64,000 nt of DNA from an uncultured bacterium. GTDB taxonomy: Bacteria; Oederibacteriota; JAAXVQ01; JAUVAV01. Both the position numbers and the translations under genes were made by a program. The notes below the pieces were generated by a model. The model made no database searches. It saw only the letters and a list, made by a program, of their open reading frames with translations, and was not told where the DNA came from. The stretch is taken from positions 1,184,001 through 1,248,000 of the forward strand of contig CAVQBK010000003.1 of NCBI GenBank assembly GCA_963710755.1, written 5' to 3'. Positions 1 to 7,809 of this stretch are shown here, in pieces. Every line of letters starts with the position of its first letter. Positions within the stretch are counted from its first letter, which is position 1.

Positions 1-1
1 C

Positions 2-946
2 TACGTCGAGTATGATTTGGGTGGCAACCGTTATCTGAAAACCGGAGAACTGGTACCACCAGCGGTATTGGAAGAACTGGCCCAGGTGGATAGTATTTTT
101 CTGGGTGCGATCGGCCATCCTGATGTCAAACCAGGCCCCTTGGAAACCGGTATCCTCTTGAAAATCCGTTTTCATTTTGATCAATATATCAACCTCCGGC
201 CGGTTAAGTTGTATCCCAACGTGGCGACACCCTTAAAGGACAAAAAACCAGAAGATATAAATTTTGAAATAATCCGCGAGAATTGCGGAGGTATTTATAC
301 AGGCGTCGGCGGGTCGGCGCATAAGGGTAAACCGCATGAGTATGCCACACAGGTGATGACTTATTCACGAACGGAAGTAGATCGTTGTCTGCGCTATGCC
401 TTTGAACGGGCTAGGGCCAAAGACAAGAAAGCCTTGACTTTGGTACATAAAATGAACGTCTTGACCAATGTGGGGGACCTTTGGTTCCGTGCGTTTCATG
501 AAATGGGTGAAAAGGAATTTCCGGAAGTCGCCCGTGATTATGCCCATGTGGATGCCACCACTATGTGGATGATTAAAAATCCGGAATGGTTTGAAACCAT
601 GGTTACGGCCAATCTCTTTGGAGACATTATTACCGATCTGGGCGCCATGATTCAAGGCGGCATGGGTATTGCCGCCGGCGGCAATATTAATCCCCAGGGC
701 GTAAGCATGTTCGAACCCATCGGAGGTTCGGCACCTAAATATACTGGCCAGAAAAAAATCAATCCTATGGCTGCCATTTGCGCCGCCGGCATGATGCTGG
801 ATCATTTAGGCGAGAAGCAGGCCGGTCAAGCAGTGGAGCAGGCGGTTATTAAAGCGCTGGAATCAGGAAAAATTGTTTCTCTGGCAGCCGGACGCATGGG
901 TATGAACACGGAAGAAGTAGGAGATTTTATTGCCGGGTTGATTTAA
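2..946 (+). CDS. leuB: 3-isopropylmalate dehydrogenase (5'-truncated by window edge)
   Basis: Frame is open from position 2 (YVEYDLGGNRY...). Motifs INLRPVKLY, RENCGGIY, HKMNV, NLFGDIITD and FEPIGGSAP are typical of beta-decarboxylating dehydrogenases (IPMDH subfamily). Confidence 0.85.
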   Translation, partial: YVEYDLGGNRYLKTGELVPPAVLEELAQVDSIFLGAIGHPDVKPGPLETGILLKIRFHFDQYINLRPVKLYPNVATPLKDKKPEDINFEIIRENCGGIYTGVGGSAHKGKPHEYATQVMTYSRTEVDRCLRYAFERARAKDKKALTLVHKMNVLTNVGDLWFRAFHEMGEKEFPEVARDYAHVDATTMWMIKNPEWFETMVTANLFGDIITDLGAMIQGGMGIAAGGNINPQGVSMFEPIGGSAPKYTGQKKINPMAAICAAGMMLDHLGEKQAGQAVEQAVIKALESGKIVSLAAGRMGMNTEEVGDFIAGLI

Positions 947-1079
947 CAGCGACGCCTCCTGGGCGCTTTTTGAAAGCATCCCGGGGGCATTATCAATAAT
1001 TTGTTTCGCAGCAAGCTGCGAAACATTAAGGGATCCCTTGCCCCTATCGTTCTGTCTAAAGGGCAAGGGGAAGCTGAAT

Positions 1080-1100
1080 CCCCGGGGCAAGTCGCGGGGT
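1080..1100. repeat. Short REP-like palindrome (CCCCG.GGCAAG.CGCGGGG family)
   Basis: CCCCGGGGCAAGTCGCGGGGT; related copies at 17096-17116 and 59100-59117. Confidence 0.45.
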
Positions 1101-1121
1101 AGCGTTGACTTAATGAAATGA

Positions 1122-1667
1122 TTAGAAAGTCCAGCTTACCAGCCAACGCCAGGCATGGGGGTCTTTATCCTCATGAATGACCTGGCAGGATTTAACGCCC
1201 ACCAACTCTGTGATTTTAAGTATGTGGCCACAAACCACGTAGCGCGTAGCCGCAGGCAATACCGGAAGGTCTTCCACCGTGAATTCAATATGGCCCTCAC
1301 GGTAATTTTGGTAGGAGGGTTTTCCGGTATCATGGTGGACTTGCCATATAACCGGCCAGCGTTTAATCACAAATTCCATTTTGGGAATACGGAGAAAAAT
1401 TTTATACACGCCGCTATAGGTGGCTTCGGCAATTAATTTACCCAGCAGGATGTAGCGCTCCGGGTGGCCGGGAAAAATAACATCCGCGCAGGCCTCATAA
1501 AACTGTCCCTGCAATTGTTCCGGTGTCCACGTCGTGGTGACGGCAGTTAAATAAATTTTTTGCAACTCTGGCGTGAGCCGTTCCAGCAGCAGGCGTTCTT
1601 TTTCCGGAGGCTGCTTTTTAAAATAATTCCTTAAATTAACAATGCTGGTTCCTTTAATATTGGGCAT
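1122..1667 (-). CDS. Hypothetical protein, resembling DUF2378/TIGR02265 (V4R/H-NOX-like ligand-binding fold)
   Basis: GGAG precedes the ATG at 1667 (ORF track starts at 1697). N-terminal IKGT, WxP, LGK..A, YKIFLR..P and W...HDTG pattern recalled from that family. Confidence 0.55.
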   Translation of the reverse strand: MPNIKGTSIVNLRNYFKKQPPEKERLLLERLTPELQKIYLTAVTTTWTPEQLQGQFYEACADVIFPGHPERYILLGKLIAEATYSGVYKIFLRIPKMEFVIKRWPVIWQVHHDTGKPSYQNYREGHIEFTVEDLPVLPAATRYVVCGHILKITELVGVKSCQVIHEDKDPHAWRWLVSWTF

Positions 1668-1765
1668 GGTCTCATCTCCAGATGGGATTATAGGCATTAT
1701 CGGAAGGGCGAAAAAAAACCTTAGCGGTCATCGGGCTAGACGATGGCTCTGATTGGCAAAGGAGA

Positions 1766-2557
1766 ATGGCAGTGGAGTCTTTTCGAACTTACGGGCATGC
1801 ACCTTTTCAGGTGGCGGTTGTTCATGGCGGACCGGGCGCGCCCGGCTCCATGGCGCCGGTGGCCCGGAGACTGTCGGGCAGGATGGGGGTAATGGAACCA
1901 TTTCAAACCGCCATGACACTGAAAGGACAAATGGCAGAATTGGCGCAACAGCTCAGCGATCATTTGGCTGGCCCGGCCATTCTGGTTGGCCACTCCTGGG
2001 GGGCTATGCTGAGCTACCTGGTCAGCGCCCGCTATCCCCGCTTGGTGAAAAAACTGATTATGATCAGCAGTGGTATGATGGACGAAGCCAGCGCTGATCA
2101 GTTGCTGTCAACGCGTTTGAGCCGCCTTGCCCAAGCAGACCGGAATGCTTTTTTAGATCTGGTGGAACAACTGCACCGTCCCACGGGGACGGTTAAAGAC
2201 CATCTTATGGGTCAACTTGGAGCCTTGTGCGTGAAGGCTGATTCGTTGGCGCCCCTGAGCCTGGATACAGGTGGATTAAAATGTGATTATGAGCAATTTA
2301 GCCGGGTGTGGCCGGAAATGGAAAAAATCCGGCATTCCGGGGAATTGTTAAGTATTGGAAGTCACATTCAGTGCCCGGTAGTGGCCCTGCACGGGGATTA
2401 TGATCCTCATCCCGCTCAAAAGGTAAAGGAGCCCCTCGGTTCGGTGATTCGTGATTTTGAATTTATTCTGCTGAGTCAGTGTGGTCATTGGCCCTGGCTG
2501 GAAAAGGAAGCCCAGGAAGGCTTCTTTAAACACTTGGAGATGGCGCTTAAAACCTGA
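1766..2557 (+). CDS. Alpha/beta fold hydrolase
   Basis: HGGPG oxyanion motif, GHSWG nucleophile elbow, HGDYD acid and CGHWPW His; GGAG RBS. Confidence 0.85.
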   Translation: MAVESFRTYGHAPFQVAVVHGGPGAPGSMAPVARRLSGRMGVMEPFQTAMTLKGQMAELAQQLSDHLAGPAILVGHSWGAMLSYLVSARYPRLVKKLIMISSGMMDEASADQLLSTRLSRLAQADRNAFLDLVEQLHRPTGTVKDHLMGQLGALCVKADSLAPLSLDTGGLKCDYEQFSRVWPEMEKIRHSGELLSIGSHIQCPVVALHGDYDPHPAQKVKEPLGSVIRDFEFILLSQCGHWPWLEKEAQEGFFKHLEMALKT

Positions 2558-2671
2558 TGTCCTGGCCAGCATAGACCTAGGGGACCAGGAATTGGTTACG
2601 GCCATGCCAAACTCCTGTAATTGGGGTCTGAAAAGAGGCTGAAAAAAAGTTGATAAAAAGAATAAGTTTGT

Positions 2672-2700
2672 TTGACAAGAAGTTGAAGAAATGCTATCTT
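2672..2700 (+). promoter_or_regulatory. Sigma70-type promoter of cold-shock gene
   Basis: TTGACA (2672-2677), 17 bp spacer, TATCTT (2695-2700) with an extended -10 TG. Confidence 0.65.
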
Positions 2701-2766
2701 TTTATATCAACTTAGGTTTGTAATAACCAAGTGATTTTATGAAAAAGATTAGGAGAACAAAAATTA

Positions 2767-2973
2767 ATGGCAATTCAAGGTAAAGTAAAATGGTTTAATG
2801 GTACTAAAGGATTCGGGTTCTTGGAACAAGAAAATGGCAAAGACGTTTTTGTGCATTTCTCGGCAATCCAAGGGGATGGCTTCCGCACGTTGGAAGAAGG
2901 CCAAGCAGTAGAATTCGACATCGTTGATGGACCAAAAGGACCGCAAGCCGCCAACGTTGTAAAAATCGGCTAA
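2767..2973 (+). CDS. cspA: Cold-shock protein (CspA family)
   Basis: GKVKWFN, KGFGF (RNP1), VFVHF (RNP2), GPQAANV; AGGAG RBS. Confidence 0.95.
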   Translation: MAIQGKVKWFNGTKGFGFLEQENGKDVFVHFSAIQGDGFRTLEEGQAVEFDIVDGPKGPQAANVVKIG

Positions 2974-3007
2974 TTCGACAATTTTCTGACCATAACTCAA
3001 AAATAGC

Positions 3008-3037
3008 AAACGGCCCCTTCGGGGGCCGTTTTTTTTT
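3008..3037 (+). terminator. Rho-independent terminator
   Basis: AAACGGCCCC-TTCG-GGGGCCGTTT followed by a T run. Confidence 0.9.
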
Positions 3038-3269
3038 GACTAAAAAATAATTGTATTTAAAATCAAAATTGTGTAGATTAGCCAGCTAATCATGCTTTTA
3101 AAGGTTGGAAACAAAAGCGACAAAACTTTAAAATTTAAATTATTCGGCGGCAAAGGGATGCGCAATTGATAGGAGAGAAAGAAACGGTCAAGATCCCTTT
3201 CATCGCTTAGGGGAAAGGGTCGGCGGCAAGCGCCGGGGAATTCTGAGAATTGATTAAGGAGTTGGCATT

Positions 3270-4289
3270 ATGGCAAAGAAATATCGGGTTGGCATTATGG
3301 GGGCGACCGGTGCTGTGGGATCAGTCATGCTCAAAGTATTGGAGGAAAGGAAATTTCCCATTGCGGAGTTACGTCCTTTGGCCTCGGTACGTTCGGCCGG
3401 AAAAAAACTGATTTTTAACGGACAGGAACATGAGGTCTTGGAAATGACGGCTCAGTCATTTCAGGGCTTGGATATCGTGCTGGCCTCTGCCGGGGGTGCG
3501 GTATCCAAACAATATGCACCGGCAGTCACAGCGGCCGGGGCGGTAATGATTGACAACACCAGTGCTTTTCGTATGGATCCCCAGGTGCCCTTGGTCGTGC
3601 CGGAGGTCAATCCGGAGGACGCCTATCAGCACCAAGGGTTGATTGCCAATCCCAATTGTACCACGATCATTATGCTGACCGCCCTCAAACCCCTACATGA
3701 CGCGGCCAAAATCAAACGTATTATCTGCAGTTCCTACCAGGCTGTATCGGGCAGTGGCGTGGCGGCCATGAAGGAATTGGAACGCCAAGTCAAACAATTT
3801 GCAGCCGGTGAATCCATAACGGTGGAGACTTATCCCTATCAAATTGCCTTTAATGTCTTGCCGCAAGTGGATGTTTTCCAAGACAATGGTTATACGCGGG
3901 AAGAAATGAAAATGGTCAATGAAACCAGAAAGATGCTCCACGACGACACCATCATGGTCTCAGCTACCTGTGTGCGGGTGCCTGTGTTCACTTCCCATGC
4001 GGAAAGCCTGCAAATCGAAACGGAGAAGAAATTAACCGCTGATGAGGCTCGTGCCTTGTTGGCTCAGGCACCGGGCGTCAAGGTGGTGGATGACCCCTTG
4101 CAATTGAAATATCCCATGCCTCTGGAGACTTCCAATCAGGATGATGTTTGGGTGGGCCGTATCCGGGAGGATCTCTCCCATCCCCATGGGCTGGCCTTAT
4201 GGGTAGCTGGTGACCAGTTACGTAAAGGCGCAGCCACCAATGCCGTTCAAATCGCGGAATTATTGATTAAAAAAGGCGCTTTGGCTTAG
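3270..4289 (+). CDS. asd: Aspartate-semialdehyde dehydrogenase
   Basis: GATGAVG, IDNTSAFRM, VPEVN, ANPNCTT catalytic Cys, YQAVSG, WVAGDQLRKGAATNAVQIAE. Confidence 0.97.
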   Translation: MAKKYRVGIMGATGAVGSVMLKVLEERKFPIAELRPLASVRSAGKKLIFNGQEHEVLEMTAQSFQGLDIVLASAGGAVSKQYAPAVTAAGAVMIDNTSAFRMDPQVPLVVPEVNPEDAYQHQGLIANPNCTTIIMLTALKPLHDAAKIKRIICSSYQAVSGSGVAAMKELERQVKQFAAGESITVETYPYQIAFNVLPQVDVFQDNGYTREEMKMVNETRKMLHDDTIMVSATCVRVPVFTSHAESLQIETEKKLTADEARALLAQAPGVKVVDDPLQLKYPMPLETSNQDDVWVGRIREDLSHPHGLALWVAGDQLRKGAATNAVQIAELLIKKGALA

Positions 4290-4292
4290 GCC

Positions 4293-4390
4293 GGCAAAGC
4301 CGCCCAGAAAGCAAAAGAAACTGATACTGAATAAGGGGTTGACCTTCAATGGTTTAAATCTTTCCTAACGTCTTTGCGGCTTGGCGTGAG
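4293..4390. repeat. ~100 bp intergenic inverted-repeat element, family A
   Basis: Left arm GCAAAGCCGCCCAG, right arm CTTTGCGGCTTGGCGTGAG; the same arms recur at 30444-30534, 35261-35363 and 39196-39302. Confidence 0.6.
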
Positions 4391-4417
4391 GAAATTATTT
4401 TAATAGAGACACAGAAT

Positions 4418-5344
4418 CTAAGCGAGGGAAGACTTGATCATCACCACTTGCACAGTGGTGCCTTGCTCGGGGCTGCTTTGGATTGAAAATTGGCCCCGAT
4501 TGCGGGCGACAAACTCCTTGGTGATCTGCAGCCCGATGCCGGCGCCTGATTCCTTGGCAGTGCCAGGCCGGCTGGAAAAATGGCTGGTGGCCAAGAGGGT
4601 TTTTAAATGATGGGGATGAACGCCCACGCCGTGATCGATGATGGACAGGATTACCGTGTTTTTGTTTTCCTGCGCCCGGATTTGGATGGACGCCTTGGGG
4701 TGGGAATATTTAACGGCATTAAACAACAAATTTCGGATAACCGATTTAAGCATGGTGGTATCGAAAGATACCACGAAATTACGGTTAATATCCACTTCAC
4801 AGGTCACGCCTTTCTGACGCATTTGATCCTGCAGCAGGAGGACATTTTCCTCCACCACTTCACTTAATACCAAGGGTACAGGATGGAAAGCGATATTGTT
4901 CATTTGGGACTGAGCCCAATTAAGCAAGTTGTCAATAATATGGTAACATTGCTTGCTGGAATAATATATGGTACAGGCCAGTTCATATTTATCTTCCTGG
5001 GATAAATTATCAAAAGCGGTCTGCAGCACATTGGAATTGGCCACTATGGTACTAAAGAGTTTTTTTAAATCATGGGATATAATGGAGAATAGTTTCGCTT
5101 TCTCCCAGTTGGCGATTTCAATCTTGATAACGTTTTTATGAACAATCCTGGCCACAATTCCTGCCAGCAATAGGACAAAAAAGGATTCCAACAGGGCTTC
5201 GGCAAATCCGGGAGAAGTGGCAGGTGCATGAAATAAGATCCGGGGAAGGTCGATAAATTCATCTAACCAAATGACCAGGATAACAACGGCGAAGCCCATA
5301 AGTATGGTTACAAATACATGGTGATGGGAACCCCTGGAAGCCAT
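4418..5344 (-). CDS. Membrane sensor histidine kinase (2 TM, HisKA, HATPase_c), no adjacent response regulator
   Basis: H-box ISHDL, N-box RNLLFNAVKY, G1 DHGVGV, G2 GAGIGL; AAGGAGG upstream of the ATG at 5344 (ORF track starts at 5368). Confidence 0.88.
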   Translation of the reverse strand: MASRGSHHHVFVTILMGFAVVILVIWLDEFIDLPRILFHAPATSPGFAEALLESFFVLLLAGIVARIVHKNVIKIEIANWEKAKLFSIISHDLKKLFSTIVANSNVLQTAFDNLSQEDKYELACTIYYSSKQCYHIIDNLLNWAQSQMNNIAFHPVPLVLSEVVEENVLLLQDQMRQKGVTCEVDINRNFVVSFDTTMLKSVIRNLLFNAVKYSHPKASIQIRAQENKNTVILSIIDHGVGVHPHHLKTLLATSHFSSRPGTAKESGAGIGLQITKEFVARNRGQFSIQSSPEQGTTVQVVMIKSSLA

Positions 5345-5469
5345 GACGTGATCCTCCTTGAATAGCACGCTGACAATATAAACAGCACTTATTATATAAA
5401 GTTTCCGTTCTTTGAGCCAATTTAATTATGCAATAGAGGATTAAAGAAAGAAGGAAGGAAGCGTGGCAA

Positions 5470-6264
5470 ATGACAGTGAATGAAACCAAGGTCAATCGCT
5501 ATGCATTGACACTGGAATATAATGGCCTGGCTTTCGCCGGTTTTCAACTCCAGCCCAATGCTTATACGGTTCAGCAAGCCCTGGAAGAAGTAGTGCTGGA
5601 ACGGTTTCGGGAAGAACGCCGGGTGGCTTGCGCCAGCCGTACGGATGCCGGCGTGCATGCCCGTGGTCAGGTGGCTATCGTAGACCTGGCCCGTCCGCTG
5701 GCTCCGCAGCGGCTCATGGGGGCGCTCAATGACACCTTGCCCAAGACGGTCAGGGTGGTGAACTGCCGCCGTGTGTCTCTGGATTGGGTTCCCCGCTACC
5801 GGGCTAAATATAAAATCTATAGCTATCTTATTTTTAACCGTCCGGTGACTTCTTTTTTTTGGGAAGGCAGGGCCTTCCAAGTCATGCAACCTTTGGATGT
5901 AGATAAGATGCGAAAAGCCATGGGCTATTTAATTGGGCGCCATGATTTTGCTTGTTTTCAATCATCGGGCTGCCAAGCCAAGCATACGGTCAGGGAACTC
6001 CACGCCATTACCATCAGCCGGAAAGGCCCGCTCATTACCTTTCGCTTACAAGGTAATGCTTTCTTATATCATATGGTGCGCAATATCGTAGGTTCCGCCG
6101 TTCAAGTGGGTAAAGGTAAGTGGCCCTATACCCATATGAAGCAGGTTTTAAAAAGTCGTGACCGCACCCAGGCGGGTCCAACAGCCCCGGCCTATGGTCT
6201 TTACCTTGAGAAAATCGTTTTTGGGAGAAAAAACAGCAAACCAGTGCTTCAGAATGGGGCCTGA
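5470..6264 (+). CDS. truA: tRNA pseudouridine(38-40) synthase
   Basis: YNG..F.GFQ.Q, SRTDAGVHA, G.HDF..F, GNAFLYHMVRNIVG, TAPAYGLYL. Confidence 0.96.
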   Translation: MTVNETKVNRYALTLEYNGLAFAGFQLQPNAYTVQQALEEVVLERFREERRVACASRTDAGVHARGQVAIVDLARPLAPQRLMGALNDTLPKTVRVVNCRRVSLDWVPRYRAKYKIYSYLIFNRPVTSFFWEGRAFQVMQPLDVDKMRKAMGYLIGRHDFACFQSSGCQAKHTVRELHAITISRKGPLITFRLQGNAFLYHMVRNIVGSAVQVGKGKWPYTHMKQVLKSRDRTQAGPTAPAYGLYLEKIVFGRKNSKPVLQNGA

Positions 6265-6282
6265 CGATTCGATAATCAAAGC

Positions 6283-7401
6283 ATGATACAAGTGGCCATG
6301 TCTTCATATCTATCATCGCCGCCATCCTCAGGGAGGGGATTGGACAGTGATATCGCCAAAACCCTGATCCGTAAGCATCTGGCCCTGAATTTAGGGCATC
6401 AAGGCGTGATGAATGCCAAATTGAATTTGGCGGTCTTGATCAATGCCTTGCTCCAGGTCTCGCGGGAAAATGGGTTTATAAAATATGATGCCTTTGATAA
6501 AACCATCCAGGTCAAAGCTTTTGACCATTCCCCGGTGATCTATCAATACAATCCTTATCGCGATCCTGCTAATCGTCGGGCTGAGGGTCAGCCGGTCTCT
6601 AAAAAGCCAGGACGCAAAACTGATTTTTTGGCTTGGGAAACATTTCCGGAAAATGAACACTATCTTATCTGGCAGGCGCCCAGCCGCATGCACTACGGCA
6701 TTTTAGTGCAGCCAGCGCCTATCGTGCCGGGTCATCTGATTATTGCCTCGCTTACCAGAAATCATGATACCCAACAGCATTTTCCCCAACAAATGCCGCT
6801 TAATTTGTTTAAGGATATGCATGTGCTTCGATCAGAATTGGCCAAAATTGGATATGTTATGGGCTACAATCCTTGGGGGGGCGGCGCCTCGGTTGATCAC
6901 TTTCATGTCCAGGCAGTGCCGGCGATGTATTTGCCGCTGGTTGGCCTATTGGATCAAAACAAAATAAGCGGCAGTTATCAAGGGCATGATCAGCAGGGTG
7001 TTTCCATTGAGGTTATTGACAATGAAGATGATGGTTCGGAAAACCGCTATCCTGCCAATGCGCTGGTGATGCGTTCCAATTTTAAAGAATTGCTTTATGA
7101 ACGCAAAAAACAACTGCTTGATTATTTAAACCGCGAAAAAATATTGTGTAATATATTGAGTTGGCAGCAAACCTCCGGAATGGCCGTGGATGTATTTCTT
7201 CCCCGGGGAGAGGAGTCGGTGATGGATCATGCTTTTAATGCCGGCTATGTGGAAATGGCCGGCATGTTGGTTATCCCTTATAAAGCTTTGTTTGACAGTA
7301 TTAATGATCCCAAGAGCGGAGAAGAGGCCTTGCGTCAGGCTTCCTATCCAAAAAAAGATTTTTCCAAATTAGTCAAAATTATTAAGATGTTTTTCCGGTG
7401 A
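6283..7401 (+). CDS. HIT-superfamily nucleotide-sugar phosphorylase-like protein (DUF4922 / GDP-hexose phosphorylase-like)
   Basis: QYNPYR, P.PI.PGHL, YNPWGGGASVDHFHVQ (HxHxQ motif) and EMAG.L motifs. Confidence 0.65.
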   Translation: MIQVAMSSYLSSPPSSGRGLDSDIAKTLIRKHLALNLGHQGVMNAKLNLAVLINALLQVSRENGFIKYDAFDKTIQVKAFDHSPVIYQYNPYRDPANRRAEGQPVSKKPGRKTDFLAWETFPENEHYLIWQAPSRMHYGILVQPAPIVPGHLIIASLTRNHDTQQHFPQQMPLNLFKDMHVLRSELAKIGYVMGYNPWGGGASVDHFHVQAVPAMYLPLVGLLDQNKISGSYQGHDQQGVSIEVIDNEDDGSENRYPANALVMRSNFKELLYERKKQLLDYLNREKILCNILSWQQTSGMAVDVFLPRGEESVMDHAFNAGYVEMAGMLVIPYKALFDSINDPKSGEEALRQASYPKKDFSKLVKIIKMFFR

Positions 7402-7809
7402 CCTATTCTTTCGACATTAACAGCCAATTACCTGTCCGATCAATACAACTGCTGATCGCAATGCACCATATATTGTGCCGCGCCCATTAAGGACCTGCAA
7501 ACATAAGAATACTTAAAAATAACCTTGTTTTTTACTGGCGACCAATATCCTCAAGATTTTTAAAAAGAAGGATATCCTGGTTTTTGGTCAAAAAAGTTAT
7601 TGCTCAGTTTTTTCCTAATCCAATCAAAACATATAATTAATGGCCACCTCATTTTAACTTAATTGGCAAACCGCATAATTCGCTCGTTTTTAAAAAATAA
7701 TCAAGTTTTACCAATCATGGTTTAAACAACCTGTCCGCTCGCCTTCTACTGCAAGCACGGCGTTCACCATAATCATGCAGCAGCTGTTTGAAAAGGAGCA
7801 AAAGCATCA

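Noticed and set aside
3085-3265. Lysine riboswitch upstream of asd
   Set aside because: The AGAGG[UC]GC start motif and other L-box features are absent.
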